Sequence record: PZ496581.1
DNA: 64,000 nt
Direction: 5' to 3' (one strand)
DNA from: a phage
Shown: positions 1-9,069 of the stretch, in pieces
How positions within the stretch are numbered: position 1 is the first letter of the stretch
How the letters are laid out: each line of letters begins with the position of its first letter
Notes under the pieces: generated by a model
The model's input: the letters and a program-made list of their open reading frames with translations, nothing else
Told to the model about the DNA's origin: nothing
The model's database searches: none
Translations under genes and position numbers: made by a program

Positions 1-231
1 CCAGTTACTAATATATCCACGGTCTAATAGATAAATCTTAGTAGGGTCTAAATAATTCAACATCGTTTCGAAACAGCCAACTTCATTTCGAGACTTAACA
101 TCGAAACGTCCATCAACTGTTCGTTTAGGGAAATCAATCTTTACATATCTTTCACTAATTTCCATTATGTCATTAATGAAAGTTGTTTTACCAGCATTAT
201 CCGGGCCATCTACTAAAATAATTTTAGCCAT
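1..231 (-). CDS. P-loop kinase-like protein, N-terminal 77 aa only (gene runs past window start)
   Basis: ATG at 229-231 (minus); translation MAKIILVDGPDNAGKTT has a Walker A motif; start overlaps stop of upstream gene. Confidence 0.55.
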   Translation of the reverse strand, partial: MAKIILVDGPDNAGKTTFINDIMEISERYVKIDFPKRTVDGRFDVKSRNEVGCFETMLNYLDPTKIYLLDRGYISNW

Positions 232-232
232 T

Positions 233-1132
233 TTATTCCTCGATTACGACATCTTCGTATTTAGGTATATTATACGGTGAAGAAATTAAAGCATTAAAGT
301 AGATGAACTCACCAAGACCTGGATGGAATACTTCTTCAGGATTTTCGAAATATTGAATCTTCGGACGTCCTTTAAGAATTTGATAGTACTCAGTTTTAGT
401 TGGTTTAAAAATTCGAATCAACGCTTCTTCAGGATACTTATTTCTGTCGAAGCTATTATTTGGATCGGTTATATAAAGCGGTTGACCTAATTGAATTGCA
501 CATTCAACCACTTGTTCAAAACGATAGCACGGGTCACTAATTCGAAATGGATGAAAAATACCATCTAGATGAATAGGAGCCAAATCACCTACAAGACGCT
601 GCATGATGGAAGGACGTATAACTTTCTGGGTTATGATAATCTTATTACCATCGGCACCAGCGTTAACCAGCACTTCTTTTTGACGTTCATTCAACACAGT
701 AGTTTGAAGTGAACGATTAACCGACAACATATCGGTTTTTAAGAATTCGTCAATATAAAAACGTGGTTTATTAGGGTCTGCAGTGATATTGAAATTGAAT
801 TCCACATCAAAAGCGCCGTCATATCCGGTGATATCTGTGATTAGAAAATCACAATCATAATAAGCAATTAATGAATCAACCACAAATTCATTTTCAGACC
901 AGAAATATTTACGAGTGTTATACGCGTTATCTTTATACCATAATGGAACAAACTTAAATTCTGGAAAAAGACGTTCGCATTCTTTAATATCAGATGCATT
1001 ACGTGGATATGTAATCACATCACCCGGATTAGCACGGTGCAAATGAAGTTGGAAGTTGCCATCCTTAAGGATAGCATACTGTCCAGTTTCATAAGACCGC
1101 ATACTCAAAATAGGTACGCGGAAAATAGCCAT
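233..1132 (-). CDS. hypothetical enzyme, 299 aa; candidate sugar transferase of the modification cassette
   Basis: ORF with ATG at 1132 overlapping stop of the gene 42-like ORF; no motif recognised. Confidence 0.55.
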   Translation of the reverse strand: MAIFRVPILSMRSYETGQYAILKDGNFQLHLHRANPGDVITYPRNASDIKECERLFPEFKFVPLWYKDNAYNTRKYFWSENEFVVDSLIAYYDCDFLITDITGYDGAFDVEFNFNITADPNKPRFYIDEFLKTDMLSVNRSLQTTVLNERQKEVLVNAGADGNKIIITQKVIRPSIMQRLVGDLAPIHLDGIFHPFRISDPCYRFEQVVECAIQLGQPLYITDPNNSFDRNKYPEEALIRIFKPTKTEYYQILKGRPKIQYFENPEEVFHPGLGEFIYFNALISSPYNIPKYEDVVIEE

Positions 1133-1848
1133 TAGTCAAGGAATCCTTTAACATAATCAAAATCACGTTCAAACACATGGGCACTTACCATGGTATGAGT
1201 ATAATCACCAACTTCTACACCACATTCGTTAGCGATATAATGAAGTAATTTTCCTTGGAGATAAAAATCCAACTGCATAACAACAGCACAGTTCTGAGAA
1301 CGCATATGACAGTGGGTATAAAGCTTACCATCACGAATATAATAAGTCACTGAGTCAGTACATGGATATTCAAGCGTTTCGTCTGAATCAAGCAAAGCCT
1401 GATCAGAACTTTCTAGAATTTGGAACACAACTCTTCGAGAGTTAGGCTTCTCTTTAAGTTCTTTTAGAAGAGCTGGTAATTGGGCCGCAATGCGAGGACC
1501 ATAGAAAGTGTTGAAGTTCGCCGGCAAAACATCTGATTTTGGTTTAGAAATAAATTTAGCGACATTAGGATATGCCTTAAACGCTTCTTCTGCGTTGGTA
1601 CCACCAGAAATCATAAACTTCCAGAAGTCTTCGGCATATTCATAAGAGATGCGGTTAATACGTGGGTCGGTCATTTTGAATGATGATGGAGTGTCAACAA
1701 CTACTGTCATAGACCCAATTTCATTACAACGTCCAATACGAGAATCAGTTACGAATTCCGGGTTTTCTAAAATTTCACGATTGACTGCTTTAAATGCGGT
1801 TTGAAAATCTGCGGCTTTGATATATTTCATTGTGTTATGTTTTCCCAT
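1132..1848 (-). CDS. 42: dCMP hydroxymethylase-like (thymidylate synthase fold), 238 aa
   Basis: ATG at 1848 with GAGG SD; PCTDSVTYYIRD...MRSQNCAVV resembles the T4 gp42/TS active-site region (recalled). Confidence 0.75.
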   Translation of the reverse strand: MGKHNTMKYIKAADFQTAFKAVNREILENPEFVTDSRIGRCNEIGSMTVVVDTPSSFKMTDPRINRISYEYAEDFWKFMISGGTNAEEAFKAYPNVAKFISKPKSDVLPANFNTFYGPRIAAQLPALLKELKEKPNSRRVVFQILESSDQALLDSDETLEYPCTDSVTYYIRDGKLYTHCHMRSQNCAVVMQLDFYLQGKLLHYIANECGVEVGDYTHTMVSAHVFERDFDYVKGFLD

Positions 1849-1890
1849 GTTTACCTCAATACAATTTATTATATACTCAATTCGTAAAGC

Positions 1891-2130
1891 TTATTTGAAT
1901 TTCTTGACAATGTTGATATAACGTAAAGCTTCAGCATCGATACTTCCAAGAACACTATGAAGAAATGCATCAGCGTAGTATTCCAATTGAACAGGTTCTT
2001 TAATCACTTTAGCCGCTTTAGTTTCAAACAGGCCCATCAGGGCCTGTTTAAGAATTTGTTCATTAGTGTTCAGTTTCATAGTCAAAATCTCTTCATTAAG
2101 TTGGTGGTTAAAAGTTTTTCTAGAAATCAT
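1891..2130 (-). CDS. hypothetical protein, 79 aa
   Basis: ORF track; start overlaps stop of upstream gene. Confidence 0.45.
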   Translation of the reverse strand: MISRKTFNHQLNEEILTMKLNTNEQILKQALMGLFETKAAKVIKEPVQLEYYADAFLHSVLGSIDAEALRYINIVKKFK

Positions 2131-3287
2131 TCCGGGTACCTCAAAGCGTCATCAGAGTTAGTTATATCAATAATAGATATAGAGTTTTCTGCTAACCCGT
2201 TTTTAGATAATTGACGTTTATAATATCTTTCACAATATGTACACGTCGTCCCGCAGATTTCATTAGCACAATCGAAATCTGGATGTCTGAACCACCTTTT
2301 TTCTAAAAAGCCATCTAACAAAGAGGTTTCAATATTTACTGTATGTGAAAACTCAGTTTCGTTTTCAAGAGTGAAAATAGTCTCTAAAGGCTTCCACAGT
2401 TCTAACAAATTACCTTCAAACTTTTCAGAAGCGTATGCTTCAAGAACTTTCAAAATGTAGTCTGTGCTACCTGTACGTCCTGAAACTTTGAATTGAGTGA
2501 TACCAATATCATTATAAAGTTTCAAATCTTGAGGACGAACAAAACGAGTTCTCAACCAGTTAAATGGGTCTGTATCACGAGCTTTAATACAGTGCTGCAT
2601 AGGATATCCGTTTAAGGATTTAGCATCATCAGCTGTAACATCAGTACTATGGAAAATATAGCAAGAGTCACGATAGCTACAATGTGTTGTATACCCTTTA
2701 CCAGCATTAGAACAGAACTCATTTACAAGAACTTCAAATATTATATTGTTCTTATTGCAAAACTCTGCTGCACGCTTCAGGAAAGAAACTGAACGGTTCT
2801 TATGAATTCCACAGCAGACCTTTTTGATATTATATTGGTCATGCAAGTATTTGATTTGAGTTACAGCATCGACATGTAGAATTGTTGAAACTTCAATCTC
2901 AATGTCTTTATTGACTTCACGAACAATTTCCATAACAACAGGGTTAGCGATAGTAATACGCCATACGCCTATTGACCAAAGATACTGAACATAATCCTGA
3001 ATAGCTTTCTTCTTCCACTCAACTAGTTCTCTTTTTGAACCAGGATTTATCGTGTTGAGTGTATAGTTAAAGCAAATACCTAATTCGTTACAACGTTTAA
3101 CGTAATCTTCTAACATCTTTTTGTCAACGTCAGGAAGCCTAAAATCAGGTCTGGCTGCTACAAAAGCCATTTCTCTTGTAGAGCCGTATACTTCATTTAT
3201 CAAGCTATTAGGATAAGTTTTATTGAGCTCTACGATTTTATCAAGAAGAGCTAAATCAAAATTCGTTCCGATTTTAAAAGTATTCAT
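2127..3287 (-). CDS. Cys-rich enzyme of unknown function, 386 aa (C-terminal CX4CX3CX2C cluster)
   Basis: ATG at 3287; long ORF inside the sugar cassette; metal-binding-like Cys cluster CANEICGTTCTYC. Confidence 0.6.
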   Translation of the reverse strand: MNTFKIGTNFDLALLDKIVELNKTYPNSLINEVYGSTREMAFVAARPDFRLPDVDKKMLEDYVKRCNELGICFNYTLNTINPGSKRELVEWKKKAIQDYVQYLWSIGVWRITIANPVVMEIVREVNKDIEIEVSTILHVDAVTQIKYLHDQYNIKKVCCGIHKNRSVSFLKRAAEFCNKNNIIFEVLVNEFCSNAGKGYTTHCSYRDSCYIFHSTDVTADDAKSLNGYPMQHCIKARDTDPFNWLRTRFVRPQDLKLYNDIGITQFKVSGRTGSTDYILKVLEAYASEKFEGNLLELWKPLETIFTLENETEFSHTVNIETSLLDGFLEKRWFRHPDFDCANEICGTTCTYCERYYKRQLSKNGLAENSISIIDITNSDDALRYPE

Positions 3288-3347
3288 TTTTTTTGCATCT
3301 CGCGTTAATTGATGTGATGGTTTTTTTTGCAGGTCTTACTTAAATTA

Positions 3348-3734
3348 TTATAGATTCGGTTTATATGATTTAAATGTTTCGAATTCGCCTTTATTCATAA
3401 GAGCTTTGAATTCGTCAGGACGCATAGCTTTGTCGTCGATAATCCAATCATATACTGGTTTATGTGTTAGCAAATTATGGTACTTCAAACCAATGTTTTC
3501 CAAGTTCTGAATCAGACTTGGGAGAATGTCAATTGCTATACGACCAGGACCTACTGACTTCATACCACGAGCAGTGTAAAGCGTTATGGTATGCCCTGCA
3601 TCATACAGGGCATTAATGGCAGACACCATTTCGACGTCTGGTTTGAAGTTCACGTAATCACGATTGTTATTCCATTCCGTGATGCAATCATCGACATCAA
3701 AACAAAGATTAAGCATGTTTTCTACACGGTGCAT
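3348..3734 (-). CDS. HAD-superfamily phosphatase, about 128 aa
   Basis: FDVDDC (motif I), TLYTARG (II), HKP (III), WIIDDK (IV); ATG at 3734 overlaps upstream stop (TAATG). Confidence 0.7.
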   Translation of the reverse strand: MHRVENMLNLCFDVDDCITEWNNNRDYVNFKPDVEMVSAINALYDAGHTITLYTARGMKSVGPGRIAIDILPSLIQNLENIGLKYHNLLTHKPVYDWIIDDKAMRPDEFKALMNKGEFETFKSYKPNL

Positions 3735-5419
3735 TAGATTCGTTCCCATTGATGAGTGATATCGCCACCGATTGGACGATAGGAAACACCAGTTTCTTTA
3801 TCAGTTAGTACCCATTTACCAGGATTTTTTGTAATCAGAGTAGCCGTTACAGGTTCTGCTACGTCATAACTAATAGAGCCGTCCTGAAGTACACGGCCCA
3901 TGTTACGTAATTGCTTAGTCAGAAGTTCCATACCTTTATAATATGCGGCTACCGCTTTAAGTGGATTATTCTTGAAATAACCACCTAATGCAATCCAGAT
4001 AATTGCCACTGCCAAATGATGATACTCGTTAAACGAACTCATCTTTCCATATTTGTAAACTAATGGATTGATGTTAATAGTCACATTACAAGTTGTTTCA
4101 TCAATAGTAAACTGTCCCCAGGTCGGATTAGCATTGAATTCATCATAACCTGAAACAGCATAAAGCACTTTAGCTTCATCATACAATTTTGGCCCGTAAA
4201 TCTTGGTTTCGCCAAAATATCCACGAGGGTCGATAAACTTGACTTCGCCGTTATCAGTAATCATAGTATTACTGAAGTTCGGGTCACCATGAATAACAGA
4301 GTACTGTCCCTGAGAACGGTTATGATAACGAATAAGATGTTCTAAAGCTTGTTTCAACATTGGCTTCAGACGTCCAATCTTAGTGTAGTTCACATGTGTG
4401 ATTTTACCAAATGAATCAATCAATGGTTGAATGCTTTCACAACGATCAATAACTTTCGTATAGAATTCTTTAGTGAAATCACGACGAACAGTTTCAGGAC
4501 TTACAAAATAAGTGTCTGTGCTGAATTTCAGTGCATCTAAAATTGCATCAACAATTTGTGGACGAGCAAGACTTGATTTGGATTTAATATATTCAAATGC
4601 TGGCTTACCTTTAATGCGTTCCATTTCAAAGTTATTTTCATTAACAGAAACTAACTGAGGAACTGAATCTGATTTCACTTTAAGATACCACGAAATCTCA
4701 TCTTTCTGAAGAGCTCGTCCCTGTTCGGTTAATGCGAATTTAGTTACAGTTTCTTCACCAATTTCAACTGCATTAAAACTACGATTAAGTTCACGAACTT
4801 CATGAGCTTTTTCAAGTTTAGGCATATCACCTAAATCAATTAGATTCATAAGCTCTGATTTATTGAATGCGCTGGCGTAAAGGAATTCTACGAAATCACG
4901 TCCTTTGCAGTATTCATGAATTTCTTCATCAGTAGAACCCATATAGAATTCCCAGTCTTTGAACTGATAAATTCCTACAACATTACCACCTGTTGAACCT
5001 ACGTTAGTGATATTTTCACCGTCGAAATTATATCGACATTCGTCACCCTTAACATAGATTGCGTTAACATTCCAAGACCATGAACCAAAATCAGGAATAA
5101 TATCACACCAGTTAACAATTACATTATGGCCGTCTAAATCTTTGTGTAATTTAGCAAGAGCATAAGCAGAACCATACGCTTCATCAACTGTACGAATAGT
5201 CACATTGAACCCTTCTTGCTCACAATAAGCTCGAACAGTTTCAGCAAATTTTGAATGAACTACTACAATAATTTCATCTGCGCCAAGGTCAGAATAAATT
5301 GTATACAAATTGCTCAGAATAGTGTCTTGTTTATAATTCACAAGAACTTTTGGAATATGATGCGTTATTGGATACAAACGAGTTGCCAGTCCAGCACCAA
5401 GAATAACAGCTTTTTTCAT
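3734..5419 (-). CDS. bifunctional sugar-1-phosphate nucleotidyltransferase (N-term) / APH-type sugar kinase (C-term), 561 aa
   Basis: N-term ILGAGLATRLYPIT matches the RmlA/GlmU-type GxGTRL motif; C-term IHGDPNFSN...FIDPRG matches the Brenner kinase motif; ATG 5419 with GAGGA SD. Confidence 0.85.
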   Translation of the reverse strand: MKKAVILGAGLATRLYPITHHIPKVLVNYKQDTILSNLYTIYSDLGADEIIVVVHSKFAETVRAYCEQEGFNVTIRTVDEAYGSAYALAKLHKDLDGHNVIVNWCDIIPDFGSWSWNVNAIYVKGDECRYNFDGENITNVGSTGGNVVGIYQFKDWEFYMGSTDEEIHEYCKGRDFVEFLYASAFNKSELMNLIDLGDMPKLEKAHEVRELNRSFNAVEIGEETVTKFALTEQGRALQKDEISWYLKVKSDSVPQLVSVNENNFEMERIKGKPAFEYIKSKSSLARPQIVDAILDALKFSTDTYFVSPETVRRDFTKEFYTKVIDRCESIQPLIDSFGKITHVNYTKIGRLKPMLKQALEHLIRYHNRSQGQYSVIHGDPNFSNTMITDNGEVKFIDPRGYFGETKIYGPKLYDEAKVLYAVSGYDEFNANPTWGQFTIDETTCNVTININPLVYKYGKMSSFNEYHHLAVAIIWIALGGYFKNNPLKAVAAYYKGMELLTKQLRNMGRVLQDGSISYDVAEPVTATLITKNPGKWVLTDKETGVSYRPIGGDITHQWERI

Positions 5420-5460
5420 GTTGAAGTCCTCATTGGTAAGTAGGAGTATTGTACACTATT

Positions 5461-5604
5461 CTAGTTAAAGCATTCATACTTTGCTTGTAGTCCAATCATA
5501 ATCCATCCAATTACAAGTGTTGGAATCATTACCGGAGCCGTTAAGCTCCAGTAGATAGTCATGACAAGCATCAATAGTAAAAGTCCTATTGTTATTGCTT
5601 TCAT
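5461..5604 (-). CDS. small hydrophobic membrane protein, 46 aa (below ORF-track cutoff)
   Basis: Own translation MKAITIGLLLLMLVMTIYWSLTAPVMIPTLVIGWIMIGLQAKYECFN; ATGA overlap with SIS gene stop. Confidence 0.4.
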   Translation of the reverse strand: MKAITIGLLLLMLVMTIYWSLTAPVMIPTLVIGWIMIGLQAKYECFN

Positions 5605-6236
5605 TGTTCGCCTCGTAACATGGCACCTAGTGCACCGCCTGGATGGAACTTAAGGAAATCATTAGAGGTAAATCCACGTTCAGACGAAAGGTTGATAGCA
5701 AACGTATCGATAAGTGCTAACAACAATGTAGTGGACATCGTCGGAGCTAAAGAGTTCTCGTCAACTTCTACCGCGATACCGGTGCAGAACGTATAATCAA
5801 AAAGAGCTTCGTATTCTTGTGGAATGTCAGGGTTACAATGTAACAGAATCTGTTTAACCTGAGGACGAATCATACGAAGATGTTTAGCAACACCTATCAT
5901 TTCTTCAGTCTTACCAGAACGACTGATGTGAACTAATACATCATTAGGTGCAATAAATCCTGCGTCACCATGAGAATAATGCCCGGTGTTCAAATACATG
6001 CTAGGAATACCTAGTGAAGCAAAAGTCTCGGAAGCTTTAGTTGCGATATTAGCATTCTTACCAACACCTGTAATAATTACCCGGCTTTCATAATTACTAA
6101 GTCCAGGGCGTCGAAGAGTTTCTAGAATAGCATTATAACGAGCAGGGTTTTGACTAATTACTTTAGCCATAGTGGCAAGAGATGAAGCTTGTTTTACGAT
6201 TGCGTCAATAGCGATAGTAATAGGAGTAGTTTTCAT
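5601..6236 (-). CDS. SIS-domain sugar-phosphate isomerase (KdsD/GutQ-like arabinose-5-phosphate isomerase candidate), 211 aa
   Basis: ITGVGKNANIATKASETFASLGIPS...HGD...ISRSGKTEE matches the SIS phosphosugar-binding pattern. Confidence 0.8.
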   Translation of the reverse strand: MKTTPITIAIDAIVKQASSLATMAKVISQNPARYNAILETLRRPGLSNYESRVIITGVGKNANIATKASETFASLGIPSMYLNTGHYSHGDAGFIAPNDVLVHISRSGKTEEMIGVAKHLRMIRPQVKQILLHCNPDIPQEYEALFDYTFCTGIAVEVDENSLAPTMSTTLLLALIDTFAINLSSERGFTSNDFLKFHPGGALGAMLRGEQ

Positions 6237-6276
6237 ATTTCTCTCATTTAATTAGTTGGCCGTCCTTGGCATTATA

Positions 6277-8988
6277 TCAAAAATCAAACATATCGAACAG
6301 AGATGCTTTCTTCTCGTAATCGAGTTTAGCTGCTGATGTGAATCCTTCAAGTGGTTTAATAAATGTCTTCTCAAGGAGAACAGTGTAGTCCATCCAATGA
6401 AGTACATCGTCTTTAATTAAATCTGTGATTTCAGTACCAGAAGGCCATGCGATACATTTATCACCGAATGGGTTTCCTTCACGTAAAGGCAGAACATATA
6501 CTTTTTCACCTTCTACAACTTGCGGTGCATCGATATTACCTTTGATAGCCCGGTTATACGTCAGAATTCCACGAATATGGAACGGGCATTTGGGACCAGG
6601 GAATCCACCGACGTCATATTTAGCAATGTTATTCGCAGAAGATACCGACGCGATGCTAATATAATTCAACTGACGGAATTCTTTTTCAAACTCTTTAAAA
6701 TATTCTTGTAATGATTCTTCACCTTCCTGAAGCATACGACGAATACATTCCTTAAGAGCTTTCTGTACTGCTTTAGGAGTCGAAGATTTCTGTGTTTCGA
6801 GACCCATGATTTTAAGCTTAGGTTCAGCGTATCTGGTTCCTTCCATATCCCATACATTCAAGGCATAACGTTTCTTACCTGTCCAAAATCCGCCAATACC
6901 TTTAGAACCAAGCGGAGGCCCAGCGATAGCTTCTCGGTCCATGAACATTAAGTGTTGTTTATTGTTCATGTATTCACACATTTCACGGAAACCTCTATCA
7001 ATAGCTGGTTCCATACGTTCACGTGCAAACTTATCTAAGAAGTCTACCCAATGGTTGGTATCACGGAATTTAGATTCACCAACCTTATCGATAATTTTAT
7101 CGGCAGATACGTAAATAGAGTCTGTATCACCATAAAGAACGAAAGCTTCACCTTCTGTACCACAAACTTCATTCAGATATTCATTAACTTTACGTTCAAT
7201 CCACTGTAAAGCCATTTGTCCGAATGTTGTGATTGCAGTAGCATTACGCAAATCATAATAACGGAACCAAACGTTTCCAAGTGCACCATAAAGTGAGTTG
7301 ATGAGCAATTTACGGTTAATTTGTGCAGTCATACCTGCAACTTCAGTACGTTGAGCTCTAAACAACATTTCATTAAGAGATTTAGCAGACAACTTTTTAA
7401 TCTTTTCTTTAATCTCATCGCTGAAGTCGAAACGATAATCAACATCTAATGGTTCGTCAACAGAAAGATTAGGATTATGCAATGCCTCTTTAATTATTTC
7501 ACCATTACGTTGAGCTGCAAGCATGTAACCTTTATGTTCTTTACGTTGATTAAAGACCTTAGTGATTTCAGTTGGAACTACACCATCACGGTCTTTATAA
7601 TACATCATGCCGTTAGGAGAACAACTGTACACATCTGAAGGACGTTCAGCGATTGCGTTAATATAATCATGCAATGGAGCTACTTTAAACGTTCCTGCTA
7701 TTGTTTCCGGGCTAATATTCACTTGGCGAATAATACTTGGATACAGAGATGTAAGGTCGAAACTCATTACATATTTGTATCGATTTGGAATAGGTTCCTT
7801 AACAAAAGCGCCAGGATAAGGTTGAACCGGGTGAGAACGACCTTGTGGAATCACCTTGTTCTGTTCTTTAAGGCTATTAAAAATAATAGCATCCCATGTT
7901 TTAATTGGGCCAAACACAGATTGAATCTGTATCTTAGCATAATAACCCATGTCCAAACTCAAGTTGATGAACTGACGCTTAGCATCAATTTGCAATACAC
8001 GATACACATCGATAATGTTATAAGAAATATATCGTTGGTGATTGCTTTCACGAAGTTTAGAAATAGGGCCGTCATATTTCAGTTTACCAACGTTCAATTC
8101 AAATTCTGAAATGTAATCCAGAGAATACGATGGTTGATTGGTAAAAGAGAATTTTTTGTAAAGGTCAATGTAATCAAGAACAGAGATACCGAACAATGTA
8201 ATGATTTCACGAGAACCATACATGTTTTCGATAACTTTAACACGAGTTTTACGATGTGGTGATAAACGTTTCGCAGTAGATTCGCCAAAAATATTCTTGA
8301 TTCGGTTATACACATATGGAATATCGAATGACTCAACGTTCCATCCAGTCAAAATGACAGGAGTTTTCTGTTGCCAGAAGTTGAGATATTCCATCAACAA
8401 TTCTTTTTCGTTATCGAACGGTATATAAATGATTTTATCGATAATTTCGGATGGAACTTCATCACCACCTTGTTCTTGAAGCTTAGCCGCAATTTCGATA
8501 GACCATTCTTCTACATTACCATACGGAGAATTCAATAGATCAAATACGTAGAACCTGTCGTCAATTGAGTCATAATGGGTGATAGCATCAATCGGATGTT
8601 TTGCTTGTGATGGCTCAGGGAACCCATCCGGAGATGTTACTTCGATGTCGAAGTTAGCCACACGAATTTTTGTATGGTCGTATTTGATTTCATAGTTATA
8701 AGTGTCAGACAAATACGCCAATTTGAAATCGTCCATACCAAGTGCTTCAAGTCCGATATCTTCCATGCGTTTAATCCATTGGGAGGCATCACGCATATTA
8801 GCGAACAACTTACGAGTACACGGCTTACCGTAGATATCGAAATATTTCGTAGCCTGACTTTCTGGACAATGAGCAAACAGTGATGGTTTATATTCTACTT
8901 CACGAGTACGTTCACGGCCATTAGAATCGATGTAACGTTCAAAAATTGAATCACCAATCTGTTCAACCGTTAAGTAAAATTCTTTCAT
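6277..8988 (-). CDS. 43: DNA polymerase gp43 (family B), 903 aa
   Basis: Near-identity to T4/RB69 gp43 as recalled; exo motifs FDIE, NIIDV; YGDTDS polymerase motif. Confidence 0.97.
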   Translation of the reverse strand: MKEFYLTVEQIGDSIFERYIDSNGRERTREVEYKPSLFAHCPESQATKYFDIYGKPCTRKLFANMRDASQWIKRMEDIGLEALGMDDFKLAYLSDTYNYEIKYDHTKIRVANFDIEVTSPDGFPEPSQAKHPIDAITHYDSIDDRFYVFDLLNSPYGNVEEWSIEIAAKLQEQGGDEVPSEIIDKIIYIPFDNEKELLMEYLNFWQQKTPVILTGWNVESFDIPYVYNRIKNIFGESTAKRLSPHRKTRVKVIENMYGSREIITLFGISVLDYIDLYKKFSFTNQPSYSLDYISEFELNVGKLKYDGPISKLRESNHQRYISYNIIDVYRVLQIDAKRQFINLSLDMGYYAKIQIQSVFGPIKTWDAIIFNSLKEQNKVIPQGRSHPVQPYPGAFVKEPIPNRYKYVMSFDLTSLYPSIIRQVNISPETIAGTFKVAPLHDYINAIAERPSDVYSCSPNGMMYYKDRDGVVPTEITKVFNQRKEHKGYMLAAQRNGEIIKEALHNPNLSVDEPLDVDYRFDFSDEIKEKIKKLSAKSLNEMLFRAQRTEVAGMTAQINRKLLINSLYGALGNVWFRYYDLRNATAITTFGQMALQWIERKVNEYLNEVCGTEGEAFVLYGDTDSIYVSADKIIDKVGESKFRDTNHWVDFLDKFARERMEPAIDRGFREMCEYMNNKQHLMFMDREAIAGPPLGSKGIGGFWTGKKRYALNVWDMEGTRYAEPKLKIMGLETQKSSTPKAVQKALKECIRRMLQEGEESLQEYFKEFEKEFRQLNYISIASVSSANNIAKYDVGGFPGPKCPFHIRGILTYNRAIKGNIDAPQVVEGEKVYVLPLREGNPFGDKCIAWPSGTEITDLIKDDVLHWMDYTVLLEKTFIKPLEGFTSAAKLDYEKKASLFDMFDF

Positions 8989-9016
8989 TTAATTTCCTTT
9001 AGACGAGTTATTGTCT
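8989..9016 (-). promoter_or_regulatory. candidate gene 43 translational operator (hairpin AGAC-8 nt loop-GTCT plus SD AAAGGA)
   Basis: Hairpin and SD directly 5' of gene 43 ATG; T4-family gp43 autoregulates through such an operator. Confidence 0.4.
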
Positions 9017-9035
9017 TTTGTTTGTTGATGAACTT

Positions 9036-9063
9036 ATTATACTCCAAATGGGACCGAAGTCCC
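9036..9063 (-). promoter_or_regulatory. -10 TATAAT plus GGGAC-UUCG-GUCCC hairpin between regA and gene 43
   Basis: Minus-strand TATAAT at 9036-9041; tetraloop hairpin 9050-9063. Confidence 0.4.
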
Positions 9064-9069
9064 ATTGCT

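Noticed and set aside
7669-8109. Plus-strand ORFs inside gene 43 and other early genes (for example 7669..8109, 9022..9615, 13613..14101, 43507..43875)
   Set aside because: They lie antisense within long conserved minus-strand genes, have low-complexity or biased composition and no SD/start context; this looks like shadow-ORF noise
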